Source of the DNA: Macrostomum lignano
Lineage: Eukaryota
Assembly: GCA_002269645.1 (NCBI GenBank)
Contig: NIVC01000350.1
Span: forward strand, 596,554 to 660,553
DNA length: 64,000 bases
Direction of reading: 5' to 3'
This document shows positions 1-12,420 of the stretch, in pieces (within the stretch, counting starts at the first letter, position 1; the number at the start of each line of letters is the position of its first letter). The notes under the pieces are model-generated. The model saw only the letters and a list, made by a program, of their open reading frames with translations, was not told the origin of the DNA and did no database searches. A program made the translations under genes and the position numbers.

Positions 1-1178
1 CGCCGCTGCTGCTGCTGTGGAGATGCCGGCTGCTGCTGTTGATGAGGCTGGCTCTGGGGATGCTGGCTGTGATGGCTCAGGCTGAGGTTGAGCGGATGAT
101 TTGGCAGGCCGGCTAGAAGGGGCCCGAGGCCCGGCAGGAGGCTTGTCGGGGGATGTCGAGTCGGCGGATTCGACATTTGCGACGGAGGCGGCTGCTGCTG
201 CGGAGGCGGCGGCAGGCCGGCCGAGTGAGGCGGCTGCTGCTGCTGGGAATGATGAGGCGAACTTTGGCTGCGACTGTGAAAAGCGGCGGCCGCTGCTGCT
301 GCCGCTGCTGCCGCTGCCGCGGGAAACAGGCCCAGAGGCGGCGGAGGCGGCGGAGGCGGCAGCGGAGGCGGCGGCGGCGGATGCGACATGCCGACATGCG
401 AATTGGCTGCCATAAACGAGGCGGCAGAGGCGGCAATGGGGAAGTAAAGGTCGGGCTGCGTCTGCCGCTTGTAGCGCTTCCGCCGGCGCAGGAAGCTGCC
501 ATTGTCGAACATGTCCTCGGACTGCGGGTCCAGCGTCCAGTAGTTGCCCTTGCCCGGGTTGCCCGGCTCCCTGGGGATCTTCACGAAGCAGTCGTTCAGA
601 GACAGATTGTGCCTGATGCTGTTCTGCCAGGCAGGGAACCTGCGGTCGGAGTGAAGGTTTTATACATGTATATACAGTGTAGAGTAAACACCAGAAACAC
701 AATGGAAACTGTAGTGTTTCTAAGAAATAGCCTACCGCTCTTTGTAGTACGGGAATCGATTGATGATGAATTCGCAGATTCCGCTGAGCGTGAGCTTGCG
801 CTCCGGCGACTGCAGGATCGACATGGTGATGAGGGCGATGTAGCTGTAAGGCGGCTTCACGTGATGCCCGCGCCGCTTCTGCTGCTGCTGCTCCTGCGGC
901 TGCTGCTCCTGCGGCTGCTGCGATGCCAGCTCAAGCTCAGCATCCTCGTCGGAGTCTGCGTCTGCTGATGCGGAAGTTGAAGCAGCCGCAGCTGCAGCCG
1001 CAGCCGCCGCCGCTGCCGCGGAGAATTCTTCGTCGCAGCTGCTGTCGCCGCTGTAGTCCTCGGCCAAGTCGGCAGGCGGCGAGAGAAACAAGGAGGTGGT
1101 GGCAGCGGCGGTGGCGCCGGCGGCGGCTGCTGCAGACTTCCCGGCGGAAGCGCTCTCGGCTGAGGAAGCGACCGACAT
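1..1178 (-). CDS. foxD: Forkhead box D transcription factor; exons 1178..736 and 639..<1 (3' end outside window), 96-bp intron 735..640
   Basis: The spliced product reads [43 protein letters not shown]|[58 protein letters not shown], a diagnostic FoxD forkhead domain. The GTAGGC donor and CCGCAG acceptor rejoin the Arg codon CG|G. ATG at 1178; the Pro/Ala/Gln-rich C-terminal region stays open to position 1. Confidence 0.94.
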
Positions 1179-2436
1179 GTTTTGTTGATTTGTTGGAATT
1201 GGGAAGAGTTTGCTGACTGCTCGGAAATATTTTTATCCTTGGCGCCGAACTGTCTGCCTGGTGGCTCCTGTTTGACTTTTTCTTCCCCCTCAGGATCCGT
1301 CTAAGCTTCTGCTCTCTTAGCCTTTCTATTTTTCTTGCCCCAGAAAAAATGATTCTTCTGGCGTGGGGTGGGCGGCCGGGGTTGGGGAGGGGGAGGGGTG
1401 AAGGGGAAATAGGGGAGAAACGCCAGCAAGGGGAAGGAGTGTTTTTAGGGGTGGCAAGGGGAAGAATAATATTCAGGGGACTGATTGGATTGGTTTTGCC
1501 CATGGGTTGGGGATCTTAGCCGAGAACTGATCCCCTCCGTGTCGGCAGCGCCCAATTGGGGGCACCGCGGCTGATGGCGGAGGAGGCTGGGCGCGCGGCC
1601 GGGCCTCCCATCGGGAGAGTTTAGTAAACATTTTCTTGCCCCGCGAAGAGGCGGCAGAATCAACGGGAGCGGTGACACGGGGGGGGGGCTGGCGGATGAC
1701 GGAACAGGGGAGGCTGGAGATGGACATTGGTAGTCAGTCAGGTTCTGAAAAATCCTTCCTATTCATTGCTGTAAAAAGTTTTAATCCAATAGGTTAATCA
1801 ATCCACTCGAATGTCGTCTTCAAGGGTTTAGGGTAGAGTTGAGAGCCGTATCAGCAACGCAGTGGTCCTAGCAGTCAGCAGAAGTGGCTCCGCACGGTTA
1901 CAATGAGTGTTTTAGCTATCATAAGTTTATTATTGCGAACTAGTTTGCTAATAATGACAGGAAAAACAGGCGTCGGGGGGGTCGACCCTCGGGCTCGCGC
2001 GGTTGACTATGGCTTCAAGTAGGTGCACACCGCGGAGGCCGGAGCTCCTTCAACCGTCGAGGGCTGGAAGAACTCAAACTGTTTCTAAAGATCTCACCCG
2101 AAGTTGTTAGGGGCAGCTCATAGAGAAGCAGTGAGCAAGGTAGAGGCTTCTTATCTGGAGTGTTTGCCAAACTTCGCTTTCAAAGAGCTTCAGTGATATT
2201 TGCACGCAGCTCTCTTTAAATATCCTTTTTTATTTATAACTCTCCTACTCAAGCGAGAAGTCTGCCCGGAGGAGTGAGTATTATATTCAGCCGCGAGGAG
2301 CGCGAGCGAGTGCGGACACGGCCACTTTGGTCCATTATTTCTTCTTCCGTTAGCTGTTAGTTAAAAGGTGAAAAACTGGGCAAATTCTGCTGCAAAATTT
2401 TTACTAATTTTTATATAAAGCTTTTATGGGACTTTA

Positions 2437-4140
2437 ATGAGATCATAACTCAGTCATGAGATCATAACTCAGTCATGAGATCATAACTCAGTCATGAGAT
2501 CATAACTCAGTCATGAGATCATAACTCAGTCATGAGATCATAACTCAGTCATGAGATCATAACTCAGTCATGAGATCATAACTCAGTCATGAGATCATAA
2601 CTCAGTCATGAGATCATAACTCAGTCATGAGATCATAACTCAGTCATGAGATCATAACTCAGTCATGAGATCATAACTCAGTCATGAGATCATAACTCAG
2701 TCATGAGATCATAACTCAGTCATGAGATCATAACTCAGTCATGAGATCATAACTCAGTCATGAGATCATAACTCAGTCATGAGATCATAACTCAGTCATG
2801 AGATCATAACTCAGTCATGAGATCATAACTCAGTCATGAGATCATAACTCAGTCATGAGATCATTCTGTCATGAGATCATTCTGTCATGAGATCATTCTG
2901 TCATGAGATCATTCTGTCATGAGATCATTCTGTCATGAGATCATTCTGTCATGAGATCATTCTGTCATGAGATCATTCTGTCTTGACCGATCATTCTGTC
3001 ATGAGATCATTCTGTCTTGACCGATCATTCTGTCATGAGATCATTCTGTCATGAGATCATTCTGTCATGAGATCATTCTGTCATGAGATCATTCTGTCTT
3101 GACCGATCATTCTGTCATGAAATCATTCTGTCTTGACCGATCATTCTGTCATGAAATCATTCTGTCATGAAATCATTCTGTCATGAGATCATTCTGTCAT
3201 GAAATCATTCTGTCATGAAATCATTCTGTCATGAGATCATTCTGTCATGAAATCATTCTGTCATGAGATCATTCTGTCATGAAATCATTCTGTCATGAAA
3301 TCATTCTGTCATGAAATCATTCTGTCATGAAATCATTCTGTCATGAGATCATTCTGTCATGAAATCATTCTGTCATGAGATCATTCTGTCATGAAATCAT
3401 TCTGTCATGAGATCATTCTGTCATGAAATCATTCTGTCATGAGATCATTCTGTCATGAAATCATTCTGTCATGAGATCATTCTGTCATGAAATCATTCTG
3501 TCATGAAATCATTCTGTCATGAGATCATTCTGTCATGAAATCATTCTGTCATGAGATCATTCTGTCATGAAATCATTCTGTCATGAGATCATTCTGTCAT
3601 GAAATCATTCTGTCATGAGATAATAATTCTGTCATGACCGATCATTCTGTCATGAGATTATTCTGTCATGAGATTATTCTGTCATGAGATTATTCTGTCA
3701 TGAGATTATTCTGTCATGAGATTATTCTGTCATGAGATTATTCTGTCATGAGATTATTCTGTCATGAGATCATTCTGTCATGAGATCATTCTGTCATGAC
3801 CGATCATTCTGTCATGAGATAATTCTGTCATGAAATCATTCTGTCATGAGATTATTCTGTCATGAGATCATTCTGTCATGACCGATCATTCTGTCATGAG
3901 ATTATTCTGTCATGAGATTATTCTGTCATGAGATTATCCTGTCATGAGATTATTCTGTCATGAGATCATTCTGTCATGACCGATCATTCTGTCATGAGAT
4001 CATTCTGTCATGAAATCATTCTGTCATGAGATAATAATTCTGTCATGACCGATCATTCTGTCATGAGATCATTCTGTCATGAGATCATTCTGTCATGAGA
4101 TCATTCTGTCATGAGATCATTCTGTCATGAGACAATTCTG
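2437..4140. repeat. Compound minisatellite: 19-bp unit ATGAGATCATAACTCAGTC switching at about 2860 to a 16-bp unit ATGAGATCATTCTGTC with variants
   Basis: Tandem units read directly. Variants ATGAAATCAT, TTGACCGATCAT and ATGAGATTAT occur in successive domains. Confidence 0.97.
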
Positions 4141-5681
4141 AGACCAGACTCAACCAGCTGTTCTCAATCCAGACCGAGCCAGTTCCAGATGAAGCGGTTT
4201 CGCTAGGCGCAGCACCAGTCTCCATGACGCAAAGAGCAATGCTACTCAACCCACATAATTAAAAGGCCAGTTGTATTTAAGGTCACTCGCACGGTAAGAG
4301 GATTAACCTACGCATATTTGCCAACTTATGGAAAAGCGAAATTGTCTAATGAAGTATGAAAATTCTTTTGTCCACCTTGAAGCGAAGTTTTGGCGAGCAT
4401 ATAACTGCGGGCATGGAGGGGTTTGAAAAAAATGGATGCATGGAACTCAATTATTCCACAAGCACAAAGCGAATTCCATCCGAGCTAGATGGAGACGGAG
4501 CTCGCTGAGCTAATCTGCTTGACCCGAGCACAGGTAGATTGGAGGACTCGAGCAGAAGCTGTCGTTCGACTGTCGCGCTCACCCAGGCGTGACTGATGCC
4601 CCCAATCACTATACTTATATACGCATGTCAAAGGCTGTCAAGGTGCATGTCCAGCCTCCTATTTATTCTCCATCAGTTCCCTCTCTCCTCGTCCCAATCC
4701 TTCATTGTAGCCCCCAGCTCCCGCATCATTGTGCGTGTCCGGTGATATGTAGGGGAAAACAAGTTGAAGCAAATCAGATTTGATGGGAGTCCTACGAGGG
4801 ACATTATACTCTACACAGCCGTCATCTTTTAGCGCTCTTGAAAATAGTTTTCAAATCTTCAAAACTGCAGACAATAGCGCAGCCCGTCAGCTATGGAGCT
4901 CCCCGCTGGGACAAGTTGGTTGCAATGTATATAGACATAGTATCCCATCATCATCACCATCCTCATCATTACCCAGCATCCTCACAGCCTCATTACGTGA
5001 GCAGTCTCAGTATTTATTGGCATTAGGGTGGGAAAATGAAATAGGCTTGTATATAAAGAAGATGGCGGCAGCGGCGGCTTCAGTTGCTAACCGCTATAGC
5101 ACAGGTGAAGAGGCCACTTAGCCACTGCTGTTGAGAAAAGAAGGTCTCAACACACGGCGCAAAGAAGGTAAAGCAGACAACCAATTTCCCCCCAAGCTGA
5201 AGAGGATAAAGAGATGAGAGAGAGAAACGAGCGCGCAAAAAGGAAGTGGCTTTAATTTTTTTCAACACAGCTAACGGAACCAGCCCGAGCAACTCCCAGC
5301 TCTCCCACGGTTAGGGAATTCGAGAAGAAGCCATTGATAATTTCCCACCTCGATCGCTCACTCAGTCAGTGAGGCTTAGTATGTTAGCTATCAATGGACT
5401 AAACACCTCAATTAGCTATACTCACTTTCACACCGAGTCATCAACTCCAGGTGTGTTTGCTCACGCTTGGGCGCAGTCAGCGTAGCGCGTGTCAGCGTCT
5501 GATGAAGATTTAAATTGACAGTGGGAGGGTGCGGCGTGGTGAAGTTCCATGCCTCAAATCAGAGTGGACCATTGAGTCTGCAAACTTAAAGCAAACCCTT
5601 GATATCGGCACCTCACATGACGCACTTGGGAGTTCTTGACCCACTTCTGTCTCTAGAACTCACGAACCCTCCAGAACCCTC

Positions 5682-5938
5682 CAGACTCTTTAGAACCCTC
5701 CCTCCCTCCCTCCAGACTCATTAGAACCCTCCCTCCCTCCCTCCAGACTCATTAGAACCCTCCCTCCCTCCCTCCAGACTCATTAGAACCTTCCCTCCCT
5801 CCCTCCAGACTCATTAGAACCTTCCCTCCCTCCCTCCAGACTCATTAGAACCCTCCCTCCCTCCCTCCAGACTCATTAGAACCTTCCCTCCCTCCCTCCA
5901 GACTCATTAGAACCTTCCTCCAGACTCATTAGGACCCT
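5682..5938. repeat. 31-bp minisatellite CCAGACTCATTAGAACCCTCCCTCCCTCCCT, about 8 copies
   Basis: Direct tandem repeats visible. Confidence 0.93.
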
Positions 5939-7413
5939 TGCGCAGCCATAACGACCCATGGATCAGTCTTCAAAGTATGCCTAAACATTATATATCAGCA
6001 CTATATGAAAACCAGCATGCATAATTAGTTGTAGAAAAAAGTTAAGCGAAATGTTCCTTGGACTAACAGTGTTGGGATTCTGGGCATCTGGTCTGCATGC
6101 AATAAGCGGGCAGGGGGTACAGCATGGCTGTAAATTGTGTAGTAAAAAGCATTGACAAACTGTTTATTCAGCACAAGGCTCGCCCCAACACACGGTTATT
6201 TTGCTAGGACAAGGTCGAACCTCTTGGTGGGGGGAGGGAATGCAAAAGTCTCTGTGCAAATATAGTGTAAATATATACATTTATCACACCCTCAGCACAC
6301 CCATTAAAACGCGTACAACCCCTTCAGGTCTCCCTAATTAAGGTGACAGAAATCAGCATCGAGGGCCAATTGGGTAGAGGGAGAGAAACGAACATCTTAT
6401 TTGTATAGAAGGGCGGACTGCTGCAGGCAAAGTGTGCTACAGATAGATAGGGATACGAGCTTGTTATAGTCGCACTCTATAATACTGCTGCTGCTGCAGA
6501 AGCTGTGTGTGTTTACACAGAGACGAACAACAAGAGGCAACAAGAGGTGATAGTTAGGATGGCGGGGAGGCGGAGGGCAGAAGAGGCCTCTCTCATTTGC
6601 CGCAGAAAAAAAGGATAAGAAGACGCAGCCAAAGCAGGGAAGTAAAGGCAGGACCGCCAGGAGCCGTCACTTTGGCTGCAATTTCATTAAAAGCAGAATT
6701 TGCAAAGGGGAGGACAGACACCATCCTCATTAGCGGCGAGTGAAAATCACCACCGCCAAGAATTTTTGGCTACAAAGTGGTTTTCAGCGGTGCCAGAAAA
6801 AGAGAGGCAATGGGATCGGTAAACAGTTGGGAGAATTGGGACGCGACACGGCCCCCCCCCCGCTCTCAACAATAACAAACAGTAGCGCCAGAAACCTCTT
6901 TTCCTCTCTACGCTAAACCGTCTTTTAGAAGATGGGGCAAGAAGAAGCTACCAGAGGCGAAAAAATGTGTCAAAACATTTTCTGTCTGAGTTCTGGGCCC
7001 CAACAGATTGCCCGCTAATGACCATCCGAGCTTAAACTTTGCTTTTCTTGACTAGCCGATGCCGGGCACGAGACCCACACTCGGGACATTGTGCCCCGGC
7101 GAGGCTGGAGGCTCAGAGAGATGAAGCAGGGATGCGGCTGCAGCAGGGGCTGAAATCTGTACAAATCTTTAATCTTTATGCGCGTGTATCGAAAGTGAAC
7201 AAGTGAACCACATTCCAGACCGTTGTGGGAATGTATAAAATCCTAATTTCATTACGTTTCATTGGGAGACAAAAAGCTGAGGAATCTATGTGGCTCTAAT
7301 TTATAAATTTGCTTGTAAATACTTTTTTGCACCGGCTGTGGTAGCTAATTACTGATGAAGTGTCTGATGAGGCCCTTCCAGTTTCATCATCGGAACCTCT
7401 GATGCTGCATTCG

Positions 7414-7895
7414 TGATGATGGGATTCTGGGGGAATTAATTAGCTGGGATTTATGATTATGGGATTCTGGGGGAATTAATTCTCAGTTAGCTGGGATTTA
7501 TGATGATGGGATTCTGGGGGAATTAATTCTCAGTTAGCTGGGGTTTATGATGATGGGATTCTGGGGGAATTAATTCTCAGTTAGCTGGGATTCGTGATGA
7601 TGGGATTCTGGGGGAATTAATTCTCAGTTAGCTGGGGTTTATGATGATGGGATTCTGGGGAATTAATTCTCAGTTAGCTGGGATTCGTGATGATGGGATT
7701 CTGGGGAAATTAATTCTCAGTTAGCTGGGATTTATGAAGATGGGATTCTGGGGGAATTAATTCTCAGTTAGCTGGGATTTATGATGATTGGATTCTGGGG
7801 GAATTAATTCTCAGTTAGCTGGGATTTATGATGATTGGATTCTGGGGGAATTAATTCTCAGTTAGCTGGGATTTCTGATGATGGGATTCTGGGGA
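7414..7895. repeat. 47-bp minisatellite GATGATGGGATTCTGGGGGAATTAATTCTCAGTTAGCTGGGATTTAT, about 10 copies
   Basis: Direct tandem repeats visible. Confidence 0.94.
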
Positions 7896-9842
7896 ATTTC
7901 CAGGTGCTGAACTTCCGACACAAGAGAACATGCAGTTACACCTTTACAAAAAGTCAAGACCGTCACAAAGAAGCCGCTGGGCAAGATATTTCACACCGAA
8001 GTTGCATCGATTTGATATTTTTGACTTCGTTGCCTCCGAAAAAAGCAGCATTGCACGCGCGCCAAGCCAAAAAAGCAAATGATTCGTGTGATACGCGATG
8101 CATCCATCATCAGCTGTCATCTGCCTGGCACCAACCAACCACCCCAATTGCCACTCTTTACCCTCGGGGCAATTTTTTTAAAGTGACTAATGTAGAAGCC
8201 AAGAAAGGAAAGGACAGTCAGTCAGGAGCAGTGCGGATTGTCTCAAGCTATCCATGCTCCGCCTCCTGCCAGGTAGGTTGGGGGGGGAGGAAAGGATGAC
8301 GGGGGCCACTTCAAACTGTGGAAAATTTTGGCAATAAAATATGCTCCTGGCCTCCCTCCTCAAGCTATTCTGTGCCAGCCAGTCTCTCACAAAAGCAGAG
8401 AAGGCAGGCGGGCGCGCGCACAGTGAGGGAGAAAGGAAGCGGAGGCATCCGGGATGCCCGCTAGACAGCTGGGCGCCGCCAGGCCCTCATAGAATCCCCA
8501 CTCCACTAAAGTTTCTCTCCCCCCCCCCTCAACAACTTCGGGTTGCCAGCTACAGGCTTTGATGATGCGAGGAATCTTCAATTGTCCCTTTCCCGTCTCT
8601 CTCTCCTTTCTCCTCAGCCCCCCATAAAGCTTCTGTTTGTCAAAAGCAGCAAAATACTGGGAGGTGTTGGCGGATTCACAAAAACACACACAGGACACAA
8701 AGCAAAGAAGAAAAAAATTTGTTCCCACAAATGGCGCTGAAGTAGGAGGAAGGCAGTTTCGCCTGTCAGGGCCGCAGCTGCTGCAGTCACTTACCAGCCA
8801 AGCCCTTTTGTCCTATTATAACGCTATAAGCTTATAGGGGATGCCTTGAAGGCGGGAGAGGAGGCGGGTTGGGGCTGGGCAAAGATCCTCCTGACTCCTC
8901 CAGCCCGCCTTTCCCTTTCCAGCCAGCCAGCCACGGCGCTCTCCGCTTGAAGGCCTTTGAATTGGCGGAGCATCGAAATTCTTTTTCCTTCAACAATCAT
9001 GCACCCTTTCTGTCTGAGCAGCATTCAGCAGCTTCTCTTGGGAACACAGTTTTTACACACCTGTCTTAGCTATTGCCAATTTTGTGGGAAACTGGCAAGC
9101 AGGCAGTCAGCTTTGACAGAAGCGTGATTGACAGGCAGCCAAGTGAGAGGAAGGAAGCGACGGTACCTGTTTGAGCATGTTGCAGAGTTTTGGATCGATT
9201 CTCTTCTTTGTTAGCATCTTTTTGAACTGGCAGACTGGAACTGCCTGAGAGAGAGAGTCAGAAAGATAAAGGAAATGCGACCCCGGCATAACTAAATTTT
9301 GACACCCGGGTTTAATGCCTTGTACCAAAAATGACTTTTATTGCTCGTTACTCAGCTCGTACTCGTTGTTTGTAGGCGAGTGGTCGTTGTGTGCGTGCCG
9401 GACGACATCGAGGCTGCGATTTAGGGCCGACGCGCTGACGGACAGGCGGCGAAAACTCCGCGATTTCTTCGGCAATTCGTCTACCTCAGCGGTCTAGTTC
9501 CACAGCAGCCAGGACGGACAGAGGGTGTGGCGCTGTTCTTGCTCAAACAGCATGTCGGTACACGATGGCCTACGGCTGCACGGCGCCACCTTCAAGATTG
9601 GCGACGGCCGACGAGCGAGTTTCCAACGCGGCACTGTATCGACCGTCATATCAAACTCGTACCAATTCGGTCGGGCATCACGGCTTTCGTTCCCCGCGAG
9701 TTTTGGAAGTCGATCAATCCGATGGAGACTATCCTCATAAACACGATCCTCTAAATGCTCACGTGCCGGAAGTAATGTACATGTACGTACAGGGAAAGGA
9801 GAATTATGGAAATGTCTATGGCACATGTACACGAGCACATGA

Positions 9843-10124
9843 GGGGGCTGTAGCCCAGTGGTTCGAGCGTCGGACTCAACTGAAAGGTCGGGGGTTCGAT
9901 TCCCGATAACACTAGAACAATTTGTATCCTTGAGCAAGGCAACTCTGCATTGCTTCAGTTCACCCAGCTGTAAAATGGCTGCCAGCATTAGCTGGGGTAA
10001 TTGAGGGTGTGTGTGGCGACCCCCTTGGACTGAACAGCCGTACGCAGCCTTCAGATGCGCCGCGCAATAGCTGCGGCTGAGCTTTCGGTTGCACATCCGC
10101 CCGTTAGAGCAGGTGTAATCAATT
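9843..10124 (+). mobile_element. tRNA-derived SINE (CORE-like central domain)
   Basis: Pol III A box TAGCCCAGTGG (9851) and B box GGTTCGATTCC (9893), then TCCTTGAGCAAGGCAAC...CACCCAGCTGTAAAATGG resembling the CORE-SINE domain. A diverged second copy lies at 17597-17891 on the minus strand. Confidence 0.85.
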
Positions 10125-10871
10125 ATTAAATATTAATTATACGAGCCCTATAACGTCGAACAAAACACAAACACTTGTTCCGTTTGTAAATGCCAATTCC
10201 CAGAAGCTGAAATATTGTGAATATATTTCCTTCTGCTGACTACACATTTTTATATACAGCACTACTTTCAGTAGCAGCAAAGCCCGGCACCACTCAAAAA
10301 TGAATCGAATTCAAACGAAAAAAATTCACACTCAAAGGAAGTGACTACCACATTTTTAGCAAAAAAAGGAATTTGAATCAAATAGCGCAGTCAATTTTTT
10401 ATTTTCCATAGGTTCACTTGTCTGTACTTTTAGAGCAGCATTTGTGGTGATTTTATAGTTCAACAAAACAGAGCCATCGTCATGCATGCAGCGAGAGACA
10501 TGCGAGCACAAAGATTACATAACAGATAAGCAGTAATTAAATGTTAGAAAATTGAAATTGCTCAAAACTCAGTCGAGTACGGGATCGAATTTTTACTAAC
10601 TAAAAAGAGCACACTGCACAAAAGCAAAGGCGGTGTAATGCATTTAAATTCAGCCAATATAATTGTATCATTAAAAGTCATCAATTACATTTTCACCGTA
10701 ATTTTTATTATCTAATCATTCTAAATACACCAACTATGATTAACGAGGTTGCAGAAAGCAAACCTTGATTTTTATGCATTCAGACAGACATTTTGAGAGA
10801 GCAGCGATATCAATATGTACATTTAGTAATATGTGAACACTTGAAATGGGCAAGCACACGTCAATCGCAGT

Positions 10872-11682
10872 TCTATCTACTAGTCAGTCTTATGTCTATC
10901 TACTAGTCAGTCTCATGTCTATATACTAGTCAGTCTCATGTCTATCTACTAGTCAGTCTCATGTCTATCTACTAGTCAGTCTCATGTCTATATACTAGTC
11001 AGTCTCATGTCTATATACTAGTCAGTCTCATGTCTATCTACTAGTCAGTCTTATGTCTATCTACTAGTCAGTCTTATGTCTATCTACTAGTCAGTCTTAT
11101 GTCTATCTACTAGTCAGTCTTATGTCTATCTACTAGTCAGTCTTATGTCTATATACTAGTCAGTCTTATGTCTATCTACTAGTCAGTCTCATGTCTATAT
11201 ACTAGTCAGTCTCATGTCTATATACTAGTCAGTCTCATGTCTATCTACTAGTCAGTCTTATGTCTATCTACTAGTCAGTCTTATGTCTATCTACTAGTCA
11301 GTCTTATGTCTATCTACTAGTCAGTCTTATGTCTATATACTAGTCAGTCTTATGTCTATATACTAGTCAGTCTCATGTCTATATACTAGTCAGTCTCATG
11401 TCTATATACTAGTCAGTCTCATGTCTATATACTAGTCAGTCTCATGTCTATATACTAGTCAGTCTCATGTCTATATACTAGTCAGTCTCATGTCTATATA
11501 CTAGTCAGTCTCATGTCTATATACTAGTCAGTCTCATGTCTATATACTAGTCAGTCTCATGTCTATATACTAGTCAGTCTCATGTCTATATACTAGTCAG
11601 TCTCATGTCTATATACTAGTCAGTCTCATGTCTATATACTAGTCAGTCTCATGTCTATATACTAGTCAGTCTCATGTCTATT
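10872..11682. repeat. 23-bp minisatellite TCTAT(A/C)TACTAGTCAGTCT(C/T)ATG, about 35 copies
   Basis: Direct tandem repeats visible. Confidence 0.97.
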
Positions 11683-12420
11683 TACTACTGAATCTGATGT
11701 CTGTCTATTACTCATGCTTAAATACAAATTAATCTCTCAAATCTATTCTATTTTGCATACGTTATCTACTAATCAATGAGGGTATTAATTTGATTCTCTC
11801 AATCTTATTGAACGCAATAAATGAAAATAGTGACAATTTACTCATATTAAAAAGAAGCATTTTTACGTAATTATGTGCATTTACAGTAAATAGACATTAA
11901 ACCTCAATACATATTTTAATAAATATATGTACAAGCGCAGAGTTGCAAAAATAAAATAAATATCAGAGAGAGAGCTGCAGTTGAAATCAATAGCGTTATT
12001 TAATGATAACTACACAATTATTTTATACCGCTTCTCTAAATTCTATAACAAGTGACGCAAACAATGGCTTCTTATATTCCATATACACAAGGTACAGCGA
12101 GTCTATCTCCATGCAGCCTAAGAGACACTGGAACAGGAGAGACCAGACTACTTTAAACTCAAACTGAAGCCGGGAAGCCTTTAAGCTTTGTATCTCTTCA
12201 ACCTGTAGGCAGATGGAGAATTGTTTATTTTTTGCTACTATTTTGGAACACGATACTACTAACTGCAATAAGTAGAGCGCGGAACTGGACAGCAAAATAA
12301 TAGACGAGAGAAAATAATTTAGGCTATACGGGAGAAACTGCATACAATCAATGTTGATAGCTGATTATTCAAATTAACAGTATAAATACTGAGAGCCAAC
12401 TTCCGCCGACCGCTAAACTT

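Noticed and set aside
101-1727. Overlapping ORFs on both strands around FoxD (101-415, 153-968, 937-1503, etc.)
   Set aside because: Antisense or alternate-frame shadows of GC-rich poly-Ala/Gln coding sequence.
1745-1830. Penelope pLTR or hammerhead ribozyme (minus-strand TTGAAGACGAC); also CTGATGA motifs near 5500, 7365 and 62565
   Set aside because: No stem II closed by GAAA and no complete three-stem core could be built.
9843-9915. tRNA gene
   Set aside because: A and B boxes are present, but I see no convincing complete cloverleaf. The sequence continues into a body shared with a second dispersed copy, so it is a SINE head.
12023-12343. 106-aa minus-strand ORF between the satellites
   Set aside because: AT-rich, no recognisable domain, and no phase-consistent link to neighbouring exons.
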